Assembly: GCF_000281045.1 (NCBI RefSeq)
Contig: NW_008246081.1
Span: 384,986 to 448,985 of the forward strand
Source of the DNA: Saprolegnia diclina VS20
Taxonomy: Eukaryota
Direction of reading: 5' to 3'
Length of the DNA stretch: 64,000 nucleotides
A program made the position numbers and the translations under genes. Below are positions 12,801 to 25,042 of the stretch, one piece after another; the stretch's first letter is position 1, and the number at the start of each line of letters is the position of its first letter. Below the pieces are notes generated by a model. The model was not told where the DNA came from, searched no databases, and worked only from the letters and a program-made list of their open reading frames with translations.

Positions 12801-15800
12801 CTTTGGCGTGCGGCATGGCCGCCACGTAGTACAAATCTTCAATGACCTTGAGGTCGCCGCGCTTGTCCTTATCGAGGAAGCAGAGCCCGGACGTCTCCAT
12901 GAGTTGGCGCACGACCTCGAGCGTTGGCTGGTCGCCCCACGCATTGCACGCAGGCATCGATATGTCGTCAAGAAACAGCGTCATCTTGCGGCCGTGGCTC
13001 GGCCCAAAGTTCTTGCCACCGCGCTTGTCCAAGTCCGCCTCCAGCGTTTGTTGGAACCCGCCGGGCGAGCTCACGCTCGAAAAAATGATCTTTTTCACGA
13101 TCGACGTGTCGGCGTCGAGCTTGTCAAAGTACATTTGCGCGGCCGACGTCTTGCCCGTGCCGCTGCCGCCGACTAGCAGCACGGGGCGACTGGTGTTGAC
13201 TTGTTGTAGCAAGTACAAGCAGCGCGTCGTCTCGACCGTCGGGATGACGAGGCTGGAAATGTCGAGATCCACCAGTGACGAAGGCGCGTCCCACGGCTCG
13301 AGGCTCCAGCGCTCCCACTCAAGCGACGTTGGGTTGACGACAAAGTCGAATACCGACGTCTTGGCTTGTTTTGGGAAGAAATGCTTTGTGAGCTCGGCGA
13401 GGTAGTCGCTGAGTCGGAGACGATCGTCTTGCTCGTACAAACCGCCCACCGCCCACGCGAGCGAGAAGAGAAAGAGCCGCTCGAGTTCAATTTCAACCTC
13501 GGCCGACTCGCTGAGCTCGGCCGACGCGATCACGCTCGCTAGCAGATGAAGGCACGACTCGACCATGGCGCCACGCGACACGTGCAGCACGGGCTTGCAG
13601 CTTTTGCTTAAAAACTTGAAGAGGTGGCCTGGCGACGGCCCGCACGACTCGCCCATATACTTGAGAAAGAGACTGCGCAGTATGGGCCGTTGGTCGTCCG
13701 GCCGTGTCGACAGCCAGCCTTCGACGAGCGGCGACCACCCAAGGTCGGTCTCGCTCACGTAGATGATGCCGGCGCGGCTCACCGTAGCGGGCGACGCATT
13801 GCGGAGGTCTTCGACCTCAAACATGAGCTTGCAATTGTCGGTCATCGGGATGCGGTCGCCGTTCGCGAGCGTCAAGAGCTTGTTGTCGTCGAGCACCGTG
13901 TTCAAATTCTCAATCCAAATCGCGTCCACTGGTCCGTCGCAGACGATCCAGGACACGTCCCGGCGCGACCGGTCGTTGTACTTCGACCACATGGAGGCAA
14001 AGACGCCGTCGAGCCACTCGCCACTGAGCTTGTCCGTCTCGCCAAACATCTCTTCGGCGCGAATGGCCTTGGGGTTCATGCGCACTTGGCGGTGGAGTGT
14101 TTTGGTGTGAATGGCGAGCGCCGACTGGAGCACTTTGAACATTTCGCTTTTTCCAGTGCCCGCGGGCCCGACCACCATGATACCGTGCCGCACAAGCGTC
14201 GTGTCGTAGAGCTGCGCAACCTTGAGCGTCCATGGCGGGTGCGGCACCTTGTTGGCTTTTTCAAGCGCTTGGACGACGAGCTGCGCGACGGGGCCTTGCG
14301 CACTGCCGTTTGCCGGCGTCTCGACCGCCGGAAAGATGTCTTTGAGCAGCGAAAGGAAGAGCGGCGTGTCCTGCGCCACGAGCTTGGACACGTTCATGTC
14401 CCGCAGCGTCCGCAGCAGCAGCATTTCTTCGTTCGCGTCCAAGTTGGCGCGCTTGGTCTGCCCGGCCGTGCGCAACACCGAGAGAATGTTGCGCAAGCCA
14501 AAGTCGTAGTGCTTTTGCTTGGAGAGCTGCTCTTCGCAGAGGCCGTAGAGAGTTTTGAACTTGCGTGCGAGGTCGCCAAAGTTGTCGTAACCCACAGAGC
14601 AGAGCTTGACCTTGATGATGATTTCGCGGTCCGGCACCATCATGGCGACGCCGCGGAAGAGCGCTTTGAGGTTCTCGGGCAGTTCTTGCCGGCCTTGGTA
14701 GCCCGGGTTCATCGTGATAAAGTACCCGACGTCGACGTTGAGCGGAATGCCTTGGGTGTCGCCGGGGAAGATAAAGCTCGTGGCCTGAGTCCGCTTGGCG
14801 TTCGTGATCGCGAGCACCTGCTGCGCCACGACCGAGAGCACGGGCAGCTCGATCCGGTTGAACTCATCAAAGCAGCCCCAAAAGCCGGCTTGGCACAGCC
14901 CCTTGAAGATCTTGGCCATGTCCAAGAACCGCTGCTGGTCCGTGCAGTTGGTGACGACGACGTAGATGCCCAAGGTGCGGCCGAGGTCTTTGACGGTCTC
15001 GGTCTTGCCCGTGCCCGCGGGGCCGGTGGGTGACCCCCCGAGGTACATTCCGAGCGCCTGCGAGAGTGTGATGTAGCACCGATCTGTAAGCGGCGTAATC
15101 ACGAGGCGTTCCTTGCAGCCAAGGTACTCGTACGCGTACTTGAAGTCGACGTCGCAGATCGAGATGAGGCACGCGTCCGGGCCAAAGCGGTCGGCGGCCG
15201 GCGCCACGCGCCAGTAGAACCGCGCTTGCTTGAGCCACTCAAAGTCCGTGGCGTCCTGGATCTTCCGGTCCTTGAAGAGCCGACCGAGCTCGGTAAAACA
15301 GTCGCGTTGGTGGACCTGGATCGTAATGAGCGTCTCAATTTTGATCCGGTTGAGTTTCGTGCCGAGGTCCGTGAGGCACCACGAGCTCAATTCAGAGAGA
15401 AGCATTGCTTGCTTCTTGCTCGTCTCGCCCATGATGCCTTTGATCGTCTTGCACCGCGTCAGCGCGTCTTGGCTCTGCGCGGTCCAGAGCATTTGGATGC
15501 CGAGGAGGGCGAACTGGCCGCAGCTCTTGTTGACAAACTCCCGCAGCGGCAAGTTCATGCAGTCAGCCGCTGCGTCGCGGCAGAGTGCTTTCATGGTCGT
15601 AAACATCTCTCTCTCGAGCGCGCCGAGCCAGTCTTCAATGTTGCCGTCGGTCAAAACGGGTTTGAGAAGCGGAATCGTCTCTTCGTCGTTGCCAATGATG
15701 GACTTGAGCGCGACAATCTTGCGACTTTCGGTCTTGTCGTGCTGGACGCGGTTGACAGCGTCAAAGATCTTTTCGTAATACTGCTGAACCAGCGCCGGGT

Positions 15801-18800
15801 CGGACCCACGCGAGAGCACTTGGAGCAAGAACGGGTTCGAGACAAAGTAGAAGCGCGGAAACTTCATGCGCTTCTGCTCCAGGTACCCTTCGAGCGACTT
15901 TTGGCACTTTTCCAGCTCGCCGTACAAGATCGGAAGCGTGCTCTTGAGCGCTTCGTTGGCGCAGGACGCGACGACGTTGCTCGTTTCGTAGGCTTTGGTC
16001 ATGATCTTGATCCAGTCCTTGTCGATTTTTGCAAACTTCTTGGCTTCGATTGGCATCTGCTTGGCAATGTCGCCGCCTGTAAAGACCGACTCGAGCGACA
16101 TCCAGAGCGTCTGCACCTTCACCCAGAGCTCGAGTACGTCGGCGGTCTCGCTCAGCTGCGTGAGTTTTGACTGCACGAGGTCCTTGAACGGCACGACGTG
16201 GCGCAAGCTGAGCATCCCCTGGAGCTGCAATTGGGCTTCTTCGAGGTCTTCAATGACGCCGACAAAGCCTTTGAGCACGGGAATGCCGCGGGTCTTCCAC
16301 TCGCCAAACTCAAACGACGCGGCCGCCCACGCTTCTTTGAGGTCCTTGAGTTTCATTTCGATCTGCAGCTGCTTTTGCGCCGAGTCGCAAATGTACTCGA
16401 TCTCGTCTTTTGTCGAGAGAAGCTTGGCGTCGAGGAGGTCCTTTAAGCGGAATGCATCGCTGTCGTACTGCAGCGGCGTGCTCGTCATCTTGACAATCTC
16501 GACCCAATGGCGCGGCTTGATGCAGTCCTTGCTGAGCTCCCGAATGAGCGGCAAGACGTCTACAAAGTCGCTGATCTCCTTGCGCAGCAGCCGGTACGCC
16601 TCCCACTCGCAGAGCTTGCGCGGCATGCGCTTGCAGCGCTCGTCAAAGATCGCAATGCTACTGCTCATGTCGTCCAGCGTCGACGGCACAGCGCTCCAGA
16701 GCACATTGCGGTAGCCTTCCATGGTCTGGACCACGTCCATGTACAGTCCGTAGAGCTGGTCGAGGAGCGCGAGCTCCTTCCGCGTCTTAGTCAACTCGGG
16801 GTACTCGGTCGGCCGCATGCCAAAGAGCTCTTCGCCTGCCGCGTACACCTCGAGCTTCCGGTCGCGCAACGCGAGGAGCTCCTTGAAGCGCCCGAGGCGC
16901 TCGACCGCCTCGGACGGCTTGAGACCGCTCACCATCGGGCCGTTCGTGCTGTACTCGGCCCGGAACGAGATCGCGTCGGCTTGAAATTCTTTGACGTCCT
17001 TTGTGAGCTGCTTCTTGAATTTGCCTTGTACTTCGCTGAGGTTGTCGGTCACTTCCTCGGCGTAGTCGACGAGCTTGCGCCACGTGGAGCGCACGACGCT
17101 CTTCTGGTCCATCTCTTCCTTGTCCATGTAGCCGCCGGGCAAAAAGTGCTCGAGCATGTCGTACATGTCCAAGATCGGGTTGATCTCCATCTCGATCGAC
17201 GACTCGCGCTCGCGCACCTCTTTCAACACGAGCATGACGTACCGAAGCGAGTCCAGCGACTCGACATCGCGGTTGAGCTTGGTCGTTGTCAGCCGAATGT
17301 AGTCGGAGAGATTCGTGAGCGCGGACCGCGCTTGCTGGTGCACGCGGTCCGAGTACTGCACCTTCCACTGCCGGCACTCGTTTCGGAGTTGGAGCTTGAG
17401 GTTTTTCGTGTTGAGCGAGAGCGCTGCAATGTTGTGGACCGGCGCGATCGCGTTGATCTCGGCCTCGACAACCATAAAATTCTTGAGCTCATTCTCAAAG
17501 TCCTATACCATGTGAGAGGTTGCGTTTGAGATTCAAATGGGCGACGTCGTACCTGAATCGACGGGTTGCGCTTGATAAATTGGTTGTACCGAAACTCCAT
17601 GTCCTCTTTCCAGAGCCAGTCGTACTTTTTGAAGGCGCTGAGGTACTCGTGGACCTGGTTTTTTGTGCCATGGAGCGCCCCCGTCAGCAACAGCGCAACT
17701 TTGATGATCTCCGTGTCGCAGCCGAGCCGGTCAAAGAACGTGACGCGCGAGCTCTCAGGGAACACGTCTTGTTGGCCCCACGTGTAGAGCGATTTCGAGC
17801 ACTTGAGGACAACGACCGCAGACCGGTTGATGGCGCGCTGAATGTCCTCGAGGCTCGGACTCAACCGGACGCTCGGGACGCTCAATTGCACGTCAACTTC
17901 AAAGAACGGGCGCTCGAGAAAGAGGAACCCCGTGCCGGCCTTGGAGCACACGCGCTTTTTGATCGCGTTGAGCGAGTTTTTGGTGCAATTCAAGAGCGCA
18001 CGGTACAATAGTGTCTTGTAGTGGCTCCGGAAAGCGTGCTGGGCGTCCACGTCAACGACGACGGGTGTCGGCAGCGCACTCGTCGAGACGAGCTTCGTTT
18101 TCGGGTCCGGCGCATCGACGGTAAAGTCGGTAATGAGCCGAAGCACGTCGTCGACGGCGTTCTCAATCTCCGTGTTTTTGGCCGCGAGCATACTCGTGAC
18201 CGCCGCGACGTTCTTCTCCTGCATACGCACAAAGTCGTCGAGCGCAAACGATTGGTCTGTCGGAAGGCACACGAGCACGGCTTTCGAGACCACCTAGACA
18301 CGTCGTTTTGGAGACCTTGATACCTTGATACAAAACGTACTTTGAGATTTTTCTCGACGCGGTTCTCGATCATGTCGTTGACACTGTGGATGAGCTCTTC
18401 GAGCCGCTGGAGACCGAGGTGGACTTGGAGCTTGTACGCGTCAATGTTCATGCTCGTCCACGTAAGCGTGACCATGCCCGGCCGGAGCTTGGCCTGGATG
18501 TCGTCCAAATGGGGCTTGAGCAGCGTCGCGGTCATCGGGATGATGCGGGCAATCACACGGTCGTACTCACGCAGCGTGTACGTGAGCTCGTTGAAGTAGT
18601 TTTTGAACTTGTCTTCTTGGAGCATGACCATCTTGGCGTTCTCAGGAATGTCAATGCCCATCCGGTCGAGGCACTTGGCTTCGCGAATGAGCTGCAGGAT
18701 TTCCTTGTCAAAGTTGACGTAGAGCTTGTTGGTCTCGGGGTGGCGGATGATGAGAGTGGCGTGGAGGCCGCCTTTGGCCGTGTCGATCGACCGGCACCAC

Positions 18801-20875
18801 GCCTCGTACCAGAGGTACTCGAACGCGACGAGCGTCCGCGCGACCTTGTTGTACGTCTTGATGACTTTTTTCGAGTCTTTGGTCGCGAGCACGCTCGGGT
18901 TGCTCTCAAACTTGCGCATCGGCTCTTCGATACGTCGGAGGAGGTGCCGCGACCAGAGAATGTTGCCCGCGACCGGCGGCAAGTTGCGTGCGATTGGCGG
19001 GTCGTGCCGGTGCTTTTCGTAAATCTCTTGCACCGTCGTGAGGTCGAGACCGTAATTGTGGAAAATGACGGTAAATTTCGAGTCGAGGTCGTTGCGCAAG
19101 TTCTCACGCTGCAGAATCGTCTGGAACTGCTTGAGCAGATTGAGCGACTGCTCGATGCTCGTGATCGACTCGAAGCTCTGGTTGATAAAGTGCTGGAACG
19201 AGAGCTCGAGGTCCGAGATGCGCACGTTAAAGTCCACGTAGTCGCGGTCAAACTTGTTGTTGTGGTAGTCCAGCAAATCGTGCTTCTGGCCTTTGAACTC
19301 GGTGATGATGGTCTCGAACGTCGCGATGAGCGACCCCATGCCCTCGAGCGAGTGTTCGGCGAGCGACTGGAACTGGTGGATCGTCGAAAACATGTCGATG
19401 AGCCGGATAATGCGCCGGCAAAAGAGGTCAAACTTGCCAAAGATCTGGGTCTCGCTAAAGTCAAACTGCTTGCCTTTCGGCATCGTGAGCAACTTGTCCT
19501 TTGTGAGCCGGTACTGCTCTTGGTACGCTTCGTTGAGGCGGAGGCACGTCTCGAGGTTCTCCAAGAGGACTTCGGGCTTTTTGTGCCAAATGTACTCGGG
19601 CGGGTCCGTCCCGACAATCGTGCTCTTGCACAGCACGATCATTTGGTTGGTGATCTTCATAAAGAGCTTGGTCATGCGCTCCGTCGTGTTGTAGTAGCGC
19701 GCGATCGTGTGGATCATCTTGACTGCGTTCATGAGCGCGGGGAGCGCGTCGATGACGCTGCTGGGTGACCCAATGTAGAGCGGCTCGATGAATTTTTCGA
19801 GCGTCGCGAGGTACTTGACGTTGTCCTTGGCCTCGTTCGTCGCCTCGGTGATGTTGATGTCGATCTGCTTCCACTGGCGCAGGAGCGAAAACACACTTTG
19901 CTTGTCCAAACTGCTCTCGTGCTGCTTGGTCACGATCGTCAAGACACCAATGACCATCTTGCACTCCTTCGTCTTGAGCTGCTCGGTGATGCCTGTGAGC
20001 CGCTGGAGCCGGCCTTTCCAGTACTCGAGCTCCGTGTCCGGCCCGGACTCGCTCGACTCCCACCGCGTCTGGTCGCTGTCGTCCAAATACGCTTCTGTCT
20101 GCCGGCACCAGTCTTGAACGAGGTCCACAAAGTGCACGACCGCACACTCGTCGTTGGCAAAGCGCGAGAGGTTGCGCGAGTCGTTGGGGTCGTAGCGCTT
20201 GTCGGGCTTTCGGAGCTCAAGGCCCGCGCTCATTGTCTTCAAACTACCTTGGACGTCGGTAATAAAAGCCTTCATGCCGTGGAGGAACTCGTTCTTGCAC
20301 TCGACGTCGGCTTCGCCCCACTCGCTCTCGTCGCGGGCGTGGAGCAGTGGCAGATACAGCTGCGAAAAGAGGGCTTCCATTGTCACGAGCACCGACTTGT
20401 CGAGGACGCCAAACTCGAGCATGCCGTCCGTCGCGATTGCAGGGTTGATGGTCGTGAGCTGCGCCATTTCATCCGAGAGCGCTGACGCCGCCGAGACGCT
20501 CGTGCGGGGCAGACGCACGATCGAGAGTTTGGGCGGCTTGTGCTTCTTCAAAAAATAGACCGCGCGCGAGAGAAGCGGCTCGGTCTCGCCGTCCGTGACG
20601 AAGAGCTCCGGGGCTTTCAGTGCATCTCGCTCGTCCTTGGGGCTGGACGCGTCCGACGCGTTGTCCGAGACGCGCGAGTCGCCATCGACGGCGTCGTACT
20701 GCCGGACTTGGTAGTAGAAGAAGAGTTTGGACGGCCCCGCCGGCGAGAAAAAGACCGAGAGCATCTCCATGATGTCGTTCGTCTTCATGAGCTCCTCGAC
20801 TTCGCCCTCATCGCGGAAGCCGAGGCAGAGGTGGAGCTTCTGGATGATCCAGCGGTGCCGGGCTTGGAACGCCAT
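6829..20875 (-). CDS. Axonemal outer-arm dynein heavy chain, gamma/DNAH5-DNAH8 type (~4650 aa); exons 20875-18341, 18293-17553, 17502-6829
   Basis: P-loops GPAGTGKT, GPAGTGKS, GGSGTGKT, GVGGSGKQS; CFDEFNRI; N-terminal DHC_N1 with GPDTELEYWK; C-terminal HWILRGVALLC. Two phase-0 introns (47 and 50 nt) join three ORFs. Confidence 0.95.
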
Positions 20876-21057
20876 CGAGCGAATTCACCCTTGACGCGAT
20901 TCGTCGAAACAAAAGTGCAATCTCGACGTCGATTGGCTCAAATAATTTTTCGGTCTCGGATTGGTCGAGCGAACCGACACGATCTTCCGCCACCCCGTTT
21001 GGTTTTACTTGTTTAACGCATACGCCATCACGTTTTAGTCGACTCGATTCAACGCTA

Positions 21058-21788
21058 CTATGCGAGCTTGGGCACGTCTGCGTTCATGGCATCCCAGTAT
21101 GTCTGGAGCGAGATCGAATTGTCGCCATGGTGGTCCATCGACTTGAGTCGCTTCTCCACGTCCATATTTGCACTTTGCCGAAGACGGCGCGTGCAGAGCT
21201 CGTCGACTAATCCATTAACGTCAGCGTCAGCAACCGGCGGGAAATACATCGCACGCGAGACGCGGTGGGTCGTTGCGCTTGAATCGCAAGCGAGAAACTC
21301 GACCAGCGGAATCATTTGGCACGGTTCAGGCCCGTGCTTGTCCCGACTGTAGCGATCGAGCATGGCAGTAAACTCGGCAAACGAGATGCGTCCGTCCATG
21401 TCTTCGTCGACCTCCCAGATCACGCGCTCGAGTTCTGCCTAGGGTCCATTGTAGGAGTAGGTAAAAGATTGAACCATATTCGTCATATCACTTTGGTCAA
21501 GGCCAGCTGCAGCTCTTTGCACACGATTGCAAGCCCTGTTGTCGAAATCGACGCAGAGGGGGTCACAGCCATCGCGACAAGCTCGCCTCGAAGGCGGTCG
21601 ACCTCCTCTTGGCGCTTTGTCTCGTCATCGGTGTCGAGGCTCGTCGCCTGCGAGGGGGCGTCAGATTCGAGCCGTTGGAGCTTCTGACGGAGCGGCGCTG
21701 TCGCGAGGATATTAAAAACACGGACCGTCTCGTCACTCAGAGGGCCGCCAAGACGGCGTGGCGTGCCATGAGGCGCCACTTGGGGCAT
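21058..21788 (-). CDS. EF-hand calcium-binding protein; 2 exons, intron 21439-21491
   Basis: Canonical EF loop DEDMDGRISFAEF in AELERVIWEVDEDMDGRISFAEF; second degenerate loop DHHGDNSISLQTY. Confidence 0.75.
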
Positions 21789-22116
21789 CTCACCTGCACT
21801 GAGAGCCGAATTCAAGTGCAATCTGAGCTGATAAATTTATTCAACGAAACGCCACCGCCTCTAAATGACTGGCTCCAACACCGAAGCAAGGACACGAGAA
21901 GGTTGCAGCTGCTCTTCGTGTAGTTCCACAGCTCCTAGCAGCGCTGCTGCGAATATCGATGAGCTGGAAACGCAATGTGTCAAAGACAGACGCCATCTGG
22001 AGGGCACGTCAAGATGTGATTGGCTGGCATTTCGAGAAGATTCTGGAAATTCGATCCAAAATGCACGTTTGCGATGCTGCAAAGTGGCATTTCCGAATTC
22101 GATTTCACTCAAGACA

Positions 22117-23154
22117 ATGGCGATCGACTACTACCAGGTGCTTGGCGTCGCCAAAACCGCGACCGACGACGAGCTCAAGAAGGCCTACCGCAAGATGGCG
22201 CTCAAGTGGCACCCGGACAAGAACCCGGACAACGCCGAGATGGCACAGAAGAAGTTCCAAGAGGTCAACGAAGCCTACGAAGTCCTCAGCGACAAGCAAA
22301 AGCGCACGATTTACGACCAATACGGCGAGGAAGGTCTCAAGGGTGGCATGCCTTCGCCCGGTGGCAGCCCCAGCGGCGGCGGCGGCTTCTTCCCGGGTGG
22401 CAACGCCTCGTTTGGCGCGTCCAGCGGCGGCTTTCCCAGCGGCTTTTCGTTCCACTCGACGGACCCGACCAAGATTTTCGAGCAATTTTTCGGCACGTCC
22501 AACCCGCACGAGGCCGAGCACATGGACCCGATGTTTATGTTTTCCAACATGGGCATGGGCCGCCAGGGCTCGTTTGGCACTGGCTTTGGCAGTCCGCAGC
22601 GCAAGTCCAAGCGTCCCGAGCCGCTCAAGCGCGACCTCGAGTGCACGCTCGAGCAGCTCTACACGGGGTGTAGCAAGAAGCTCAAGATCACGCGCAAGAT
22701 TTACGACGACCGCACCAACGCCATGCGCGAAGAAGAGAAAATTCTCGAGATCCAAGTCCACCCGGGCTGGAAGGCTGGCACGAAGCTCACGTACGAAGGC
22801 GAAGGCGACGTCTTGCCGGGTCGATTAGCCCAAGACATTGTGTTTGTCATCCAAGAAAAGACGCACCCTAAGTTCAAGCGCGACGGCGACACGCTCGTTT
22901 ACACGGCCAAGATTTCGCTCAAGGACGCGCTCGTCGGCAATGGCACGCTCTCGATCAAGACGCTCGACGGACGCCACGTCGACATGCGCCTCGACGGCGT
23001 CGTGACGCCAACGACGCGCAAGGTGTTTGTGGGCGAAGGCATGCCGCTCTCCAAGAATCCGCAGCGCCGCGGCGACCTCCACGTGCAATTTGACATTCAG
23101 TTTCCGACTACGCTCAGTGCGTCGCAAGCCGATCTCATTCGCCAGGCGCTTTAA
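22117..23154 (+). CDS. DnaJ/Hsp40 class B (DNAJB1/4/5-like), intronless
   Basis: J-domain with HPD (KWHPDKNP), G/F-rich region, C-terminal domains ([27 protein letters not shown]); no Zn finger. Confidence 0.93.
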   Translation: MAIDYYQVLGVAKTATDDELKKAYRKMALKWHPDKNPDNAEMAQKKFQEVNEAYEVLSDKQKRTIYDQYGEEGLKGGMPSPGGSPSGGGGFFPGGNASFGASSGGFPSGFSFHSTDPTKIFEQFFGTSNPHEAEHMDPMFMFSNMGMGRQGSFGTGFGSPQRKSKRPEPLKRDLECTLEQLYTGCSKKLKITRKIYDDRTNAMREEEKILEIQVHPGWKAGTKLTYEGEGDVLPGRLAQDIVFVIQEKTHPKFKRDGDTLVYTAKISLKDALVGNGTLSIKTLDGRHVDMRLDGVVTPTTRKVFVGEGMPLSKNPQRRGDLHVQFDIQFPTTLSASQADLIRQAL

Positions 23155-23224
23155 TCGTTTAGTAGCTTGAAAGAGTAGCATAGTCGACTAATATATATGT
23201 ATGGACGTTTAAGGACGCAGGTGC

Positions 23225-23992
23225 TTACAACGTCCCACGTCGGCTGAACGAGGGCCGGTGGAACCCGGGCGCAAGCTGCTCGAGGAGCACTTCGTTGTTG
23301 AGGGCGTGCGTCTCGGAAATGTCGTCCGAGATAGGCGCTGCCTGCTGCTTCTTCATGCGCACATAAATAGAGTCCTTCATCGCATGAAGTTCGCGCTCGA
23401 GGTTGTCGAGCGCCGTCACTGCCGGCACGTTGGCGTAGACTTGGACTTCGAGGAGCGTGACCATGCTCATCATCTCTTCGAGGAGGCGCGTCTCCATCTT
23501 GCGCTTCTCGACCTTGACCGAGAGCACTTGTTTCTGGAGACGGTTCACAACGTACTCTTGCTCTTGCTCGAGCTCGTTCTCAAGGTTGACCTTGTCCAAA
23601 ATGGCGTTTTGGCTGCCAGGGTTGGCGTTCAACGCGGCCTCAAGCTGCTTTTGGAGGCGATTGACCATGAACTCTTGCTCCGTCTCGAGCTTGTTCTCAA
23701 GGTCAATCTTGTCTTGCTGGAGCTGGCGCAGCTTGCGCTGGAGCGTGTTGGTCAGAAACTCTTCTTCACGTTCGACCGAAAGCGCAAGCTGCTCCTTCTC
23801 TTGGCGAAGCTGGCCCAAGCGCATGAGCAGCTTGTTCGTGAGGCGCTCTTCCGACCGCTCGGCGTCCGAGCCAAAGCGCACGAGCTCTTCGCGCGACCGG
23901 CGCAGCTCGGCCTCGAGGAAAGCGTTGCGGCGCGTGAGCCGCTCGACCTCGGTCTCGGCCGTCGTAGTCGTCTCGGGCGCGCTCGTGGGCAT
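23225..23992 (-). CDS. CCDC6/H4-like (DUF2046) coiled-coil protein
   Basis: Repeated EREEEFLTNTLQRKL / ETEQEFMVNRLQKQL / EQEQEYVVNRLQKQV motifs characteristic of CCDC6. Confidence 0.8.
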   Translation of the reverse strand: MPTSAPETTTTAETEVERLTRRNAFLEAELRRSREELVRFGSDAERSEERLTNKLLMRLGQLRQEKEQLALSVEREEEFLTNTLQRKLRQLQQDKIDLENKLETEQEFMVNRLQKQLEAALNANPGSQNAILDKVNLENELEQEQEYVVNRLQKQVLSVKVEKRKMETRLLEEMMSMVTLLEVQVYANVPAVTALDNLERELHAMKDSIYVRMKKQQAAPISDDISETHALNNEVLLEQLAPGFHRPSFSRRGTL

Positions 23993-24055
23993 GCTGGTGT
24001 CGGAAGCGCGAGGAAGATATGCGAATGCGCCAGAGACCAAACCAAAATTTCCAGA

Positions 24056-24077
24056 CTCCGGATAACATTATCCGGAG
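24056..24077. promoter_or_regulatory. Perfect inverted repeat CTCCGGATAA-ca-TTATCCGGAG upstream of the CCDC6-like gene
   Basis: 10-bp arms with 2-bp spacer, ~65-85 bp upstream of ATG 23992; contains the recurrent CCGGATA motif. Confidence 0.5.
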
Positions 24078-25042
24078 ATCGCAATAAAATCGCCACCGGT
24101 TCTTTCCGCACCAGCTGGGGCAGAGGCACGGAGCGTATCTTGAGCGGTCCCAGCGTCCGGCGGCCACCGCCGACAAGCGCTCGGCTCGACGGCCATGCAA
24201 CCGCTGGGCTGGCGCCGATGGAAGCACGACGAAGTTGATGTATCAGGCCCTCGCTACACACACGTATCGCAGGCAACCATGCCACCGTGTACCGTGTAGT
24301 GCTGGCTCCAGCTGGCGACGACGCCGCGCGCTGGCAGCCGTCGAAAGGTACTCGCATGCATCGAGCCGCTTGGCCTCGCAGGTGCTCCGCGGGAGGAGCA
24401 TTTTCGTCTTGTGCAGTGTCGTGCACGTGCACTGCAACGGCAGGCAATCTTCCGGCGGCGCGAGTTTTATGCGTGCGACCTGTGCGACCGCGTACGACAT
24501 GTCTAGCAATGGCGTCAGTCGCATCTGCCCATGCGCCGACATGACGGCGACGAGCCCACGCCGCGTGCAGCATTGCACAGGAAGTTTTGTCGGCGCCATG
24601 ACGCCGCCGTCGCGGCGAGCGGCCAAAGATACTTTTTGCGTGCTTGGCTGTGCAGTTCCGATTTCACAGGTGCTGGTCGTCGCGGCTTCTGAGTTGGCTG
24701 AGAGCGATGAGCAGAGCCGACATCTCGTTGAAGACGTGGCGTCGAAGTTGAGAGCAGCAGCGGCAAGCACACATCCTCTCTCGTCGAGTCGCCGGACAAA
24801 AGAAGCTCGGCGCATAAATAGGGTGCGCTCGCGGCTTCTACTGCAAGGCGTACGTCGCTGTGTTGTGCGATCAGGAGATCTTGCAGTCGTGGGTGCTGGC
24901 CACGCAACCGAGCGATGCGATGATGACCCGTCGTCATGTCCGACCTCCAAGGAGCATTGCGATCGGACCAATTTCTGGTTCATGTGCTACGACAATGAAA
25001 CATCAAAACTGGTTGTGGGCGCTATTGTAGTTTTAAATAATC

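Noticed and set aside
17289..18345. Apparent frameshifts splitting dynein into three ORFs (pseudogene?)
   Set aside because: Fully explained by two canonical GT-AG introns of 47 and 50 nt.
6871..20558. Many long + strand ORFs (up to 469 aa) opposite the dynein gene
   Set aside because: Antisense shadows caused by GC-rich codon bias of the real minus-strand CDS; no motifs.
21865..22116. N-terminal ORF extensions from alternative starts (DnaJ; likewise TMF, LC7, LRR)
   Set aside because: They overlap promoter-like sequence with CCAAT boxes, and homology begins at the downstream ATG.
22117..23154. Radial-spoke DNAJB13/RSP16 identity for the Hsp40 near dynein
   Set aside because: Intact HPD and a long G/F region indicate a canonical cytosolic class B Hsp40.
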